The notes under the pieces: generated by a model | What the model saw: the letters and a program-made list of their open reading frames with translations, nothing else | The model's database searches: none | Told to the model about the DNA's origin: nothing | Source: Gemmatimonadota bacterium | GTDB lineage: Bacteria; Gemmatimonadota; Gemmatimonadetes; Gemmatimonadales; GWC2-71-9 | Assembly: GCA_039589615.1 (NCBI GenBank) | Contig: JBDHHA010000010.1 | Location: 2,824-66,823 of the forward strand | DNA length: 64,000 nucleotides | Reading direction: 5' to 3' | Part shown: piece after piece, positions 47,377 to 57,306 of the stretch | How positions within the stretch are numbered: position 1 is the first letter of the stretch | How the letters are laid out: each line of letters begins with the position of its first letter | Program-made: the position numbers and the translations under genes

Positions 47377-47883
47377 CTACCCGCCCATCGCCTTGTTCCA
47401 CTCGTCGACCTTGGCCTGCGTCTTGGCCATGAGGTCCAACGTGTCACCGCCAATGGTGATCGACACGACCTGATCACCCTGGGCGATGCTGTTCACCACC
47501 TTCTGATCGTCATCGCTCACGACCGCTCCAAAGACGGAGTGTTTGCCGTCGAGCCAGTCCGTGGGAACATGCGTGATGAAGAACTGGCTCCCGTTCGTAT
47601 TCGGACCAGCGTTTGCCATGGAGAGAATACCGGGCCGGTCGTGCCGCAACTCGGCGTCGAACTCGTCCTCGAACTTGTAGCCCGGACCGCCGGTACCCGT
47701 TCCTTGGGGACAGCCGCCTTGGACCATGAAGTTGTCGATGACCCGGTGGAATTTGAGCCCGTCGTAAAAACCCTTCTGGGCGAGGTTCACGAAATTCGCC
47801 ACCGTGAACGGGACGCGATCAGAGAACAATGTCAGATTGACGGTTCCCTTGTTGGTCTCGATGGCGGCTTGCAAGTCACTCAT
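47377..47883 (-). CDS. Peptidyl-prolyl cis-trans isomerase, cyclophilin type
   Basis: [32 protein letters not shown] and HSVFG motifs. Confidence 0.9.
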   Translation of the reverse strand: MSDLQAAIETNKGTVNLTLFSDRVPFTVANFVNLAQKGFYDGLKFHRVIDNFMVQGGCPQGTGTGGPGYKFEDEFDAELRHDRPGILSMANAGPNTNGSQFFITHVPTDWLDGKHSVFGAVVSDDDQKVVNSIAQGDQVVSITIGGDTLDLMAKTQAKVDEWNKAMGG

Positions 47884-47942
47884 GGTGATACCCGGGGGTG
47901 AAGTGTCAGGTGTGAAGGCCGAAACCTAATGCCCCAACAAAG

Positions 47943-47966
47943 AAGCGCCAGCGAGTGCCGGCGCTT
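47943..47966 (-). terminator. Rho-independent-type terminator hairpin downstream of 47989..50088
   Basis: AAGCGCC-(10 nt)-GGCGCTT. T-rich runs follow the hairpin on both strands (TTTT on plus, CTTTGTT on minus). Confidence 0.45.
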
Positions 47967-47988
47967 TTCCGTATCCGCGATGGCGACA

Positions 47989-50088
47989 CTACATCGTCGC
48001 GCGATCTCTCGGCTGCATCTTCACCGCCCACAACCCGCTGTTTAGATCCGAGAAGAAAATGTGCCCCTTGTACGGCTGGGCGCCCCACGTCATCGGGGAG
48101 TTCGGGACATACCCCAGGGGATCGAACGCTTTGAAGACGGCCATCTCCCGACCCTGGCTCGCGAGGTTCCCCATGAGCTCACCGGACACGTCCACCATTC
48201 GAACGCCTCCCTCGTAGTACGCCTGGTACAATACGTCATCCTCGACCCACATGTTGTGGGTGCCGAACTCCTCGACGTGATACCGGGCCACGTCCTCGGG
48301 GTTCTCCGGGTCCGTGAAGTCGATGATGTGGATGTAACCGGAGTTGGGACTGGGCACGCCACCCTGCCCTGTCGCGGGATCGTACGCATTCAAGCTTCCG
48401 TACCCCCCGGCCCAGGACTGACCCCGGCGGTTCATGATCTCGTCGCCCAGGAAGAGGTAGAACTTGCCCGTGGACTCCTGGAAGTACGGGAAGGCGGCGT
48501 GGGTCCGTCCCACCGGATACGGCACGTTGGTCACGAAGACCGGGTTCTCAATGGTGCCGCCCCACTTGCCGTTGCCCACATCGACCACCACGACGCCCGT
48601 TCCCCACTCCGACGAGTACGCGATCCCGTCGCGTACCCACACGTCGTGAATCCTGCTATCCGGATGGTTGTACTCGCTGACGTACCTGGGGTTCTCGAGG
48701 TCGCGGACGTCGAGAATCACATACTTGTCGCCGGCCGACAGGGCGAAGAGATAGTCGTCGGTGGCGAACATGTTGTGCACGCCACCCGTGAGGCCATCGT
48801 CGTACGTCGAGGCGATGCGTGGGTGCGCCGGGTCGGCCAGGTCCATGATGACGACGCCGTTCCGCCGGTTCGAGGCGCCCTCACGGCTCAGCGCCGCGTA
48901 CCGTCCGCTGGGGGCCACCTTCACGTCGTTGATGGTCCGGGCATCGACCTGCACCGAGTCGGTTTTGAAGACGTTGGTGGGATCGGTCACGTCCCAGAAA
49001 TACGCCTTCCCGTCGGCTCCCCACGTCCCCGTCACGCCATAATCCCGCCCGTCGAGGCCCTCGAAGATCCAGAGATCGGCCGAGCGCACGTCGTGCACCG
49101 TGCCCCGCCCCTGCATCTGGATTTCCCGCACGGCGTTGCGGGGCCGCATATCCACGGTGCGGCGGGCGCTGAGCGGGCCGGCGGAGGCGATGATCGTGTA
49201 CTGCCCCGGTACCTCACCCACGAATTTGCCGTCGGCGATCTGCCCCGACGCACCGGGCGCGTTGATGCTGTCGTCCGGGATGAACGTGTAGGTCCATGTG
49301 ATGGGCACACCGCTGACGACGTTGCCGCGCGCGTCGGTTGCTCGCGGGGTGAAACGCAGCACATCCCCGGTTCGCGCGTCATCGAGGCCGCCGGCAATCT
49401 CGAGGCGCGTGGCCGGCAGATCGGCGACCTGGTACCGCACGCTCGCCCTGGCATCATTCAACGCCGCCGTGATGGTCACACTTCCAGCCATGTTGGCCGT
49501 CACCTGCCCAAAGCGGTCTACCGTGGCCACCGAAGGATCCGACGAGGTCCACCGGAACCGAGGCTCGGGCCTGGAGGTGCCGTTGGCGTGGTATGCCGCG
49601 GCGCGGTGCCGCAGCGTGGTGCCGGCATACAGGGTGCCGGGGTCGGCGGTGATCTCGATGCGTGAGGCCGCCGGCCAGACGATTGACACCGGGATCGTCA
49701 CCGATGAGGGCTCGCGAGTGCTGCCCGCCGGAACGACGACGGACACGACGATCTCGTACTCGCCGGCCTGGCGCCCAATCACGATGCGGTCCAGGGACGC
49801 GAACGCCGCGGCCCCCCGCTCCTTGGTGCCTACCGTCAGGGCGTTCCGCGGGGAGGCAAAGCGCGCGGCGACCTGGAGTTCGGTCCCCTGGGCGTCCAAC
49901 GCCGTCACCGTCAGAGGGACGGTGTCGCCGGCTTGAAGAGTGAGCTGCGTGGGAATGGCGACGAGGCGGGCAACCCGCTCCCCCGCCCGCAAGACGTCCT
50001 CGCCGACCCCTCGTTGGGCCAGCGCAGGCGTGACCGTTGCGCCCAGGAGGACGCACGTAAAGAGCATACTACGATATCGTGGGATCAT
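47989..50088 (-). CDS. Secreted protein with N-terminal bacterial Ig-like (Big_2-type) domains and a C-terminal LVIVD-repeat beta-propeller
   Basis: Signal peptide ...ALAQ. The Ig-like segments carry the motif SSDPSVATVDRFGQVTA. LVIVD-type repeats are VVIMDLADPAHP, YVILDVRDLENP, GVVVVDVGNG and GVRMVDVSGE. Confidence 0.7.
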   Translation of the reverse strand: MIPRYRSMLFTCVLLGATVTPALAQRGVGEDVLRAGERVARLVAIPTQLTLQAGDTVPLTVTALDAQGTELQVAARFASPRNALTVGTKERGAAAFASLDRIVIGRQAGEYEIVVSVVVPAGSTREPSSVTIPVSIVWPAASRIEITADPGTLYAGTTLRHRAAAYHANGTSRPEPRFRWTSSDPSVATVDRFGQVTANMAGSVTITAALNDARASVRYQVADLPATRLEIAGGLDDARTGDVLRFTPRATDARGNVVSGVPITWTYTFIPDDSINAPGASGQIADGKFVGEVPGQYTIIASAGPLSARRTVDMRPRNAVREIQMQGRGTVHDVRSADLWIFEGLDGRDYGVTGTWGADGKAYFWDVTDPTNVFKTDSVQVDARTINDVKVAPSGRYAALSREGASNRRNGVVIMDLADPAHPRIASTYDDGLTGGVHNMFATDDYLFALSAGDKYVILDVRDLENPRYVSEYNHPDSRIHDVWVRDGIAYSSEWGTGVVVVDVGNGKWGGTIENPVFVTNVPYPVGRTHAAFPYFQESTGKFYLFLGDEIMNRRGQSWAGGYGSLNAYDPATGQGGVPSPNSGYIHIIDFTDPENPEDVARYHVEEFGTHNMWVEDDVLYQAYYEGGVRMVDVSGELMGNLASQGREMAVFKAFDPLGYVPNSPMTWGAQPYKGHIFFSDLNSGLWAVKMQPRDRATM

Positions 50089-50276
50089 GGCTCGATTACT
50101 CCGCTGCAGAGTTCGATGCTATCCATACGCCGCCCAGGCCACGAATGCTGGGCGATCTGGCGTCCGGTGGCTCTGGACCTGTAAACTTGTAGCTCGCCGG
50201 AGGTCGAGAGCAAGGGTCGCCGGAGCGGCAGCGCCGCCACCGAGACCGACAATCACATCTGAAGATCGGAAAACCG

Positions 50277-51383
50277 ATGAGATGCAGCTGGATCCCCGCA
50301 CTGATCGCCGTCGCGATTGCAGCCCCGCCGCTCGACGCCCAGGGCCCCTCGGCAACCTACTGGGTGTATGTCGGCGCGGAATCCGCAGATCTCCTCCACT
50401 TGGTTCGCTTCGGACCGGGCGGCGCCGAAGTCGAAAAGACCATCCCCGTTGGCGAGATGCAGGTCGAGACGGAAGGGCCCCACGGCCTGCGGATGTCGCG
50501 AGACGGCCGGTATCTCTACATGACGACCGGGCACGGTATTCCCGACGGCAAGCTCTGGAAGATCGAAACCGGCGCCGACACCGTCGTGGGCGATCCGATC
50601 CTGCTGGGACGGTTTCCCGCCACCCTCGACCTCACGCCCGACGACCTCTTCGCCTTCGTCGTCAACTTCAATCTTCACGGCGAGATGGTGCCGTCCACGA
50701 TTTCGGTGGTCTACACGCCCGAGCTGATGGAGGTGGCGCAAACCACCACGTGCACGATGCCGCACGGGGGCCGCATGCACCCCATGGGGACCAGGTGGTT
50801 CACCAATTGCATGATGGACGACCAGCTCGTCGAAATCGACACCCAGACCTTCGAGGTGGCACGCCGGTTCAGCGTGGCAAAGGACCGCGAGGGGGCCCTG
50901 GACCACTTCGACACCGAGAGCCACACACCCAGCACACCCACCTGCTCGCCGACGTGGGCGCTGGCGACGCCGGCCGGTGACCGGATCTTCGTGGCGTGCA
51001 ACAAGGCCGATCACATTCTGGAAATCGACTACGAGGATTGGACGCTGCGGCGCCGCATCGCCACCGGACGCGGCCCCTACAACATGGAGATCACGCCGGA
51101 CGGCCGAACGCTGGTGGCGACCCTCAAGCAGGGGGCGGGCGTCCAGTTCATCGACGTGAACTCGGGAGAAAGTCGCGGGATCGTCGAGTCCAGCACGACC
51201 GTCACCCATGGCGTCGTTGTCTCGCCCGATTCCCGCTACGCCTTCGTGAGCGTGGAGGGAGTCGGAGCCGAGCCCGGCAAGGTGGACATCTTCGACCTGC
51301 GATCCCTCCAGCGTGTGGCGGACGTACCGGTCGCCCAGCAGGCCGGCGGAATCACGTTCTGGAAGATGGACGGTCAATCGTAG
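50277..51383 (+). CDS. Secreted YncE/YVTN-type beta-propeller protein
   Basis: Signal peptide ...LDAQ. Repeated blades read PHGLRMSRDGRYLYMTT, PYNMEITPDGRTLVAT and THGVVVSPDSRYAFVS. Confidence 0.7.
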   Translation: MRCSWIPALIAVAIAAPPLDAQGPSATYWVYVGAESADLLHLVRFGPGGAEVEKTIPVGEMQVETEGPHGLRMSRDGRYLYMTTGHGIPDGKLWKIETGADTVVGDPILLGRFPATLDLTPDDLFAFVVNFNLHGEMVPSTISVVYTPELMEVAQTTTCTMPHGGRMHPMGTRWFTNCMMDDQLVEIDTQTFEVARRFSVAKDREGALDHFDTESHTPSTPTCSPTWALATPAGDRIFVACNKADHILEIDYEDWTLRRRIATGRGPYNMEITPDGRTLVATLKQGAGVQFIDVNSGESRGIVESSTTVTHGVVVSPDSRYAFVSVEGVGAEPGKVDIFDLRSLQRVADVPVAQQAGGITFWKMDGQS

Positions 51384-51536
51384 GAAGTAGTGCGCAAGCG
51401 ACTGCGGCACGCCATTTATCACCTCCGCGCGCTGCGGTTCGCTTGGCGGTCACTCGGGTCGGAGGCGGTAGAATCGAGAGCGACCCAACGCGCGCTGCGG
51501 TGACAAACGGCGCACCGCAGTCGCCCCACCTCCTAC

Positions 51537-52746
51537 TTACTGGCGCCGCCTGGCTTTGACGAACACGTCGATGTTGCCCGGGCGGTCGTTCTCGTAGTAC
51601 AGCCTGATCCGTCCGTCGCCGGCCTGATTGATCACTGCCGGCACCGCGTTGGCCGTGAGGTACCACCCGTCCGGGAGCAGCACCGAGTTGCGGGGTCGGC
51701 CGAAACTCCGGTCCCACACCAGCTCGTCGCCGGCGAGCAGATAGCGGCTCGGATCGGTGTAGGTCTCCTCGATGCGCAGCCGCACCGAGTGACCGGGCTC
51801 CACCGCGTCGAACCAGATCACCACGACCTCGGTTTCGGCGGTCACCTCACCACCGACCTCGATTCCCCGCTCTCGGATCTCGTCGCCCCGCAGCGTTTCC
51901 ACCTCGAGCTCTTCTCCCGTATCGAGGATCCGCGCCGACGGATTCGACGCTTTGCTGCCCCCGCGCACCACGTTGAGGTAGCGGTCCACGCCGGCGCGGC
52001 CCTCGGTGTAGTCGTGGTAGAGACGGAACGAGTGGGTCTCTGGTTGCTGGAGGAAGTACACGATCTCCCGATCCTGGAACGCGCGTTCGGAAAACCGGTA
52101 GTCGAGGCGTGCGCCTGACGGGACGGGTTGCGTCGTCGTCGCCTGGGGCGCCCCGGCGGTGCGCGCGGCGGGAGGGCGGCTCGGTCCGGCAGGAAGCTTC
52201 CGCCCGCGAATCACGTGCGACACGGCACCGGGGCCGGGATTCATGAAGCTGACCCTGATCCGGCCATCGGCCTCCGTCGCCACCTGCGACGGATAGTTGG
52301 ATGCCGTCAGCTCGTACCCTTCGGGGAGCACGACGGCGTTCCGGCGAATCCCGAGGGATCGCTCGAACATGATGGCATCGCCGTTGCCCGTGTAGCTCGC
52401 CGGATCGCGATACGTCTTGTCGATGCGAAGCCGGGCCTCTCCCCCCTCGGGGACGGGTCGTGCCAGGCTGACCTGGATGTATTGCCCCTCGGCGCTGGCG
52501 TTCTCCATCCCTGCCTGGCGCGCCGCCGTTCCGTCCACGATCTCCCACGGGAGTGGCTGGCCCGTTGAAATAGACCGTCGCCCCCGGTGTGGTGGCACTC
52601 ACGTCGTAGATGATGCGGAAGCTCTGGGACGCGGGGTCGAGGAGCTCGTAGCGGGTGTAGGAATCCGCCGATGTCTGGCGAAAGGATTGGGCGTGCGCGG
52701 CGGCCGGAAGCACGGCCAGCGTGGCCAACAGGATGGAGCCTCTCAT
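51537..52746 (-). pseudogene. Frameshifted gene for a secreted protein made of two homologous ~170-aa domains
   Basis: ORF 51847..52746 supplies the signal peptide and first 62 aa. The sensible sequence continues in ORF 51537..52598. The two frames join at GGGCC (52559-52563), which carries 1 nt in excess. Confidence 0.7.
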
Positions 52747-52831
52747 AATGATCCAATTGAGGAGGAATGCCGAGAAAGTAGCCCGGAATCCTGCTGAAGC
52801 ACACCTGCTTCCTACCTACGGCACCGAGGGG

Positions 52832-54061
52832 CTACCGCGTGCCGTTCACCACGTTCACTCGGTTTCGCCCTGCACTCTTGGCCTGATACAGCGCCCGGTC
52901 GGCAAAGGTGATGACCTCGGACGGTGCGGACCGTCGATCACTGCGGCCCGCCGCACCGATGCTCACCGTAACCGATACCTTCTTGGGTGGTCTTCCCTTG
53001 GGCTTGGGTTCCTCGGGCCGCTCCTTGGGCCTGTCCTTGCCGCGCAACGCAAACTTCTCCTTCTCGATTGCCCCGCGGAGATCCTCGAGGAATTGGGACA
53101 CGTCCTTCGGGTCCTTCCCCGGGAACAACAGGGCAAACTCCTCTCCTCCATATCGGAACGCCTTTCCGCCCCCTCCCACACGCCCCAACTGCGATGCCAC
53201 TTTGCGCAATACCTGGTCACCCACAGCGTGTCCGTAGCGGTCGTTGAAGCTCTTGAAGCGATCCACGTCAACCATCGCGATGGTGTACTGACCGTTCAAC
53301 TTCAGGAGATCTTCGTTGAGCGCCCGCCTTGCCGGCAGTCCCGTGAGTCCGTCCCGATACGCCATGAAATAGGACGCCTCGATCACCGACGCGATGAGGA
53401 TGAGACCCGCGGCCGAGAAGTAGATGGTGGGGATTGGCTGCCCCCGAAGAGTGCTCAGGGCCGCGAATGACGCCACGAGGGCCCACAGGAAGCCGCGGCC
53501 CGTGGCATTCGAGTTCAACGTCATTCGCCCGACCGACACCCCGAACGCCACCCCGAACATCACCAGAGCCGGCTGACCTATCGGGGTCCAGGCAAACCAT
53601 CCTTCTGGAAGGGGGGAAAGCCGCAATGCGCCGGTCACCCAAGCCGGAGGCGCTGCGGCGAACAGGATCACCACTGCCGCTTGCAGGAGGACGGCGGCGA
53701 GGCGGCCCTGCCCCATCGGCGTGAACGTCCCCCGCTCCGCGATCCAGCTGATCCAGAAGAGGTTGATGGGAAGCAGGAATGCCACGAGGTGGAACACCGG
53801 CCCTTCGGGAACGCCCCCGGGATAGACCAGCAGCGCACGATCGGCCAGGGCCAAGGCGACCATGCTGAGCACCAGGCGGCTGCGGCCATAGCGCCAACTG
53901 ACCAAGATGCCTGCCGCAAATACCGCATAGGGAAGGAAACGGACCGATCCGGGGACCGACTCCGGCGTCACCGCGATTCCGACGTACAGGAGGACCGCCA
54001 CGAGGAACGCACCCTCGAGTCCCACGAGTGATACGAGCTTCCTGAGTACCGTCTGAGTCAT
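52832..54061 (-). CDS. Membrane-bound diguanylate cyclase (GGDEF domain)
   Basis: About 7 N-terminal TM segments. The GGDEF domain has DVDRFKSFNDRYGH and an active-site RYGGEEF. Confidence 0.85.
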   Translation of the reverse strand: MTQTVLRKLVSLVGLEGAFLVAVLLYVGIAVTPESVPGSVRFLPYAVFAAGILVSWRYGRSRLVLSMVALALADRALLVYPGGVPEGPVFHLVAFLLPINLFWISWIAERGTFTPMGQGRLAAVLLQAAVVILFAAAPPAWVTGALRLSPLPEGWFAWTPIGQPALVMFGVAFGVSVGRMTLNSNATGRGFLWALVASFAALSTLRGQPIPTIYFSAAGLILIASVIEASYFMAYRDGLTGLPARRALNEDLLKLNGQYTIAMVDVDRFKSFNDRYGHAVGDQVLRKVASQLGRVGGGGKAFRYGGEEFALLFPGKDPKDVSQFLEDLRGAIEKEKFALRGKDRPKERPEEPKPKGRPPKKVSVTVSIGAAGRSDRRSAPSEVITFADRALYQAKSAGRNRVNVVNGTR

Positions 54062-54275
54062 TTGTTACCCGGCACGAATGTCGGAGCGTCACCGCGCCCC
54101 GGTGCGCGGCATGAGAGTCCTCGCGTCCAAAATAGTCCGATCATCGCGGGGCCGGATGTGTCGTGGATTACAGGGATCCTGTGGCCTCTCACGTCTTGAC
54201 GGCGTTCGACTCGCTGATTAAGAAGACGGGTGAGGCCGGGAGCACACGCCACGCCTATGCAGAGGGAACCACACC

Positions 54276-54485
54276 ATGAAGATGCCAGACTTGCGCAAAC
54301 TGCAGCGACTCGCGGAGAAGAACCGCGAGGCGAGCAAGGCCGCCCAAGACGCCGAGGAGGGCAAGGGCCCCCCCGGGAAACAGGGCAAGAGGCGCGAGTT
54401 CTCGGACGAACCGTCCAAACGCGATCCGCGGTATGAGGGAGCCGACCGGCTCTTCACGGAGATGAAGAAGAAGGACCGGCCCTAG
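54276..54485 (+). CDS. Candidate small, highly charged protein (69 aa)
   Basis: ATG is preceded by GAGGGA at about -9. Lys/Arg/Glu-rich with no hydrophobic core. No family recognised. Confidence 0.4.
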   Translation: MKMPDLRKLQRLAEKNREASKAAQDAEEGKGPPGKQGKRREFSDEPSKRDPRYEGADRLFTEMKKKDRP

Positions 54486-54589
54486 GGTCCCCCTCCTCCG
54501 GTCTCTGGGGCTCCTAACCTGTTGGATTCAAGGGGTTTCCGCCACCGCCAAGATTCTACATACTTCTGGCGAAGCCACCCAAGCCGTCT

Positions 54590-57304
54590 ATGACATTCGT
54601 TGGCGCTCTAGCGCTGCTCATCCTGCTGGCTGCCGCGACCTGGTCGGTCGTTGTGGCGGCGCGCCCCGGCGACATCCGACACCGGGGCCTGGCCGCGCTA
54701 TTCGGGCTGGTGGTCCTCGTCCACGTCTTGACTCTGGTCAGCCTGATCGAGTCCTGGACCATCCGCTCTTTCGGCATCGGGCAGCTCTCGACCTTGGGGA
54801 TCGGGGGCGTGGCCATCCTCGGTATCGTCCTCCTCGACCGGATGACGACGCGCCACGGCAGCGTAGAGCGACAACTGGGCGTGCACCGGGCGTTCTTGGA
54901 GGAGCTTTTCGAGACATCCAGCGAACCCATCGTGTTGCTGGATCGGAACGGCAGGGTCGCACAGGTCAACCGGGCGTTCACCGCCACCTTCGAGTACACG
55001 CCCGGTGAAATCCTGGAATATCCCGTGCACGAGTTGCTGGCGCCCAGCGGCCGAATGGAGGAGCTGCGGGCTATCACGACGGACCTGATCGCCGGCAAGC
55101 GGATCCAGGTCGAGTCGGTGCTCCGCCGCAAAAACGACTCGCTGGTCGACGTGTCCATTCTCGCCGCCCCCGTCCGGATTGCCGGTTTGCCGATCTCCGC
55201 GTTCGCCATGTACCGCGACATCACCGGGGTCAAGCGCATCGAGGACTCGCTGCGGCAGATGGAACATGCGGTCGAGACCATGCAGCTCGGCGTCACGGTG
55301 ACCGACCTCAATGGACGCATCGTGTACTCCAATCCGGCCGACGCCACACTCCACGGGTACACGCCGAAGGAGCTGATCGGGAAGGACGTGCGGATCTTCG
55401 CGCCGCACGAGCGCGCCCGGCCCATGGGCAGGCGACAGATCGAGGTGATGAAGCGGTGGCGACGGGACACGATGAACGTGCGCAAAGACGGCAGCGAGTT
55501 CCCGGTACACCTCATGTCCGACGTAGTGCGTGATGCCTCCGGCGAGGCCATCGGCATCGTGACAACGTGCGAGGACGTCACCCAACGAAAAAGGGCGGAA
55601 CGCGCCCTGCGGGAAAGCGAGGAGCGGTACGCCCTGGCGATTCGCGGGGCCAACGACGGCCTCTGGGATTGGAATCTCGAGACCGACGAGATCTACTACT
55701 CCCATCGCTGGAAGACGATGCTGGGCTACGGCGATGCAGAGATCGACAACACGCCGGAAGCCTGGCTCAGCCGGGTTCACGAAGACGACCTTCCCAAGGT
55801 CCAAGCAGAGCTCGAAACTCACCGAGACGATCGCTCGTTCCACTTCGAGAACGAGCATCGCGTTCTCCACAAAGACGGGTCTTACCGCTGGGTGCTGGCA
55901 CGAGGCATCGCCGAGCGCGATCCGGAGGGCAGGCCGTACCGCATTGCCGGCTCCCTCACCGACATCGAACAGCGCAAGACCGTCGAGGAGCAGCTGGCCC
56001 AGGAAGCGCTCTACGACTCCCTCACCAACCTGCCCAACCGGGCGTTCCTCAACGACCTCATCAACCGCTCTTTCCGCCGCACGAGGCGCCGCAAGGACTA
56101 CGTATTTGCCGTGCTGTTCGTGGACCTGGACCGCTTCAAGGTGGTGAATGACAGCCTGGGGCACGCCGCCGGGGATCAAGTGCTCATTGAGGTGGCCCAC
56201 CGCCTCAAGGGATGCTTGCGACCGGGCGACGTCGTGGCCCGCCTCGGGGGCGACGAATTCCTGGTGTTGTTGGACGACATCACGGACAGCAGCGACACCA
56301 CCCGGGTCGCCGAGCGTATTCTGTCCGCCCTGGAAGAGCCCATCGATCTGGACGGCCGCGAGGTATACACCACTGCCAGCGTCGGGATCGCCGTGAGCGA
56401 AGAGTCACTGGACGGACCCGAACACTTGATTCGACACGCCGACTCCGCCATGTACCGGGCCAAGGCGCGGGGCAAGGCGCGATACGAGATCTTCGACGTG
56501 GCGATGCACGAGCGGGCTGTCAGCCTACTGCAACTGGAAACCGACATTCGCGCGGCGGTGCACAAAAATCAGTTCCGGCTCGTCTATCTCCCCGTCGTCA
56601 CCATTGCCACCGAGGGCGTGACGGATTTCGAGGCGTTGGTGCGCTGGGAACACCCGGAACGCGGCCTGGTGTCGCCGGCGTCGTTCGTTCCGCTGGCGGA
56701 GGAAACGGGACTCATCATTCCCCTCGGTCGATGGATCATGGAGGAAGCGTGCCGGCAGATGGCCGAGTGGGCGGCGCGCTACCCGCACCTAAAAGACATC
56801 ACGATGAGCGTGAACCTTTCGGCGAAGCAACTACGCCAAACCGATTTACTGGAGCAAGTCAGGGAATCCTTCACGAAAGCCAGCTTGCCGCCGAGCCGCC
56901 TCAAACTCGAGGTAGCGGAAACGGTGCTCATGGACGATCCCGAAGCGAATATCCAGGTGGTCTCGAAGCTCCGGGATCTGGGAGTGCTGGTACAGATCGA
57001 CGACTTTGGAACGGGTTCGTCGTCCCTCTCTTACCTCAATCGCTTTCGGATCGACACGCTGAAGATCGACCGCTCGTTCATCAGTCAGGTTGGGGTGCCG
57101 GGAGAAAAGGCCGCCGTGGTGCAAGCCATGATCACCTTGGCCGGGCAGTTGGGCATCCGCGTCATCGCGGAAGGTGTCGAGACACCGCAGCAGTCGGAGA
57201 AGCTTGCCGGCCTGCACTGCGAGCAGGCCCAGGGATACCTGTTCTCACAGCCTCTCACCGCCGACGAGGCTGGCAAGCTCCTGGACGCGGAGGTCGGGGC
57301 GTAG
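54590..57304 (+). CDS. Membrane sensor with PAS domains, GGDEF and EAL domains (bifunctional diguanylate cyclase/phosphodiesterase architecture)
   Basis: N-terminal TM segments, PAS/PAC repeats, an RPGD I-site plus LGGDEF, and EAL motifs (FEALVRWEHP, DDFGTGSSSL). Confidence 0.9.
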   Translation: MTFVGALALLILLAAATWSVVVAARPGDIRHRGLAALFGLVVLVHVLTLVSLIESWTIRSFGIGQLSTLGIGGVAILGIVLLDRMTTRHGSVERQLGVHRAFLEELFETSSEPIVLLDRNGRVAQVNRAFTATFEYTPGEILEYPVHELLAPSGRMEELRAITTDLIAGKRIQVESVLRRKNDSLVDVSILAAPVRIAGLPISAFAMYRDITGVKRIEDSLRQMEHAVETMQLGVTVTDLNGRIVYSNPADATLHGYTPKELIGKDVRIFAPHERARPMGRRQIEVMKRWRRDTMNVRKDGSEFPVHLMSDVVRDASGEAIGIVTTCEDVTQRKRAERALRESEERYALAIRGANDGLWDWNLETDEIYYSHRWKTMLGYGDAEIDNTPEAWLSRVHEDDLPKVQAELETHRDDRSFHFENEHRVLHKDGSYRWVLARGIAERDPEGRPYRIAGSLTDIEQRKTVEEQLAQEALYDSLTNLPNRAFLNDLINRSFRRTRRRKDYVFAVLFVDLDRFKVVNDSLGHAAGDQVLIEVAHRLKGCLRPGDVVARLGGDEFLVLLDDITDSSDTTRVAERILSALEEPIDLDGREVYTTASVGIAVSEESLDGPEHLIRHADSAMYRAKARGKARYEIFDVAMHERAVSLLQLETDIRAAVHKNQFRLVYLPVVTIATEGVTDFEALVRWEHPERGLVSPASFVPLAEETGLIIPLGRWIMEEACRQMAEWAARYPHLKDITMSVNLSAKQLRQTDLLEQVRESFTKASLPPSRLKLEVAETVLMDDPEANIQVVSKLRDLGVLVQIDDFGTGSSSLSYLNRFRIDTLKIDRSFISQVGVPGEKAAVVQAMITLAGQLGIRVIAEGVETPQQSEKLAGLHCEQAQGYLFSQPLTADEAGKLLDAEVGA

Positions 57305-57306
57305 CG

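Noticed and set aside
50089-50276. 188-bp structured-looking spacer upstream of the YncE-like gene, considered as a possible riboswitch.
   Set aside because: I could not recognise any known riboswitch core (no B12 box, SAM, TPP, GEMM or glycine signatures) by eye. It needs a covariance-model scan before any claim.
54556-56200. 365-aa and 500-aa minus-strand ORFs.
   Set aside because: Both are antisense to the PAS-GGDEF-EAL gene, which has unambiguous domain motifs. Their composition is low-complexity Arg/Pro/Gly-rich, so they are shadow ORFs.
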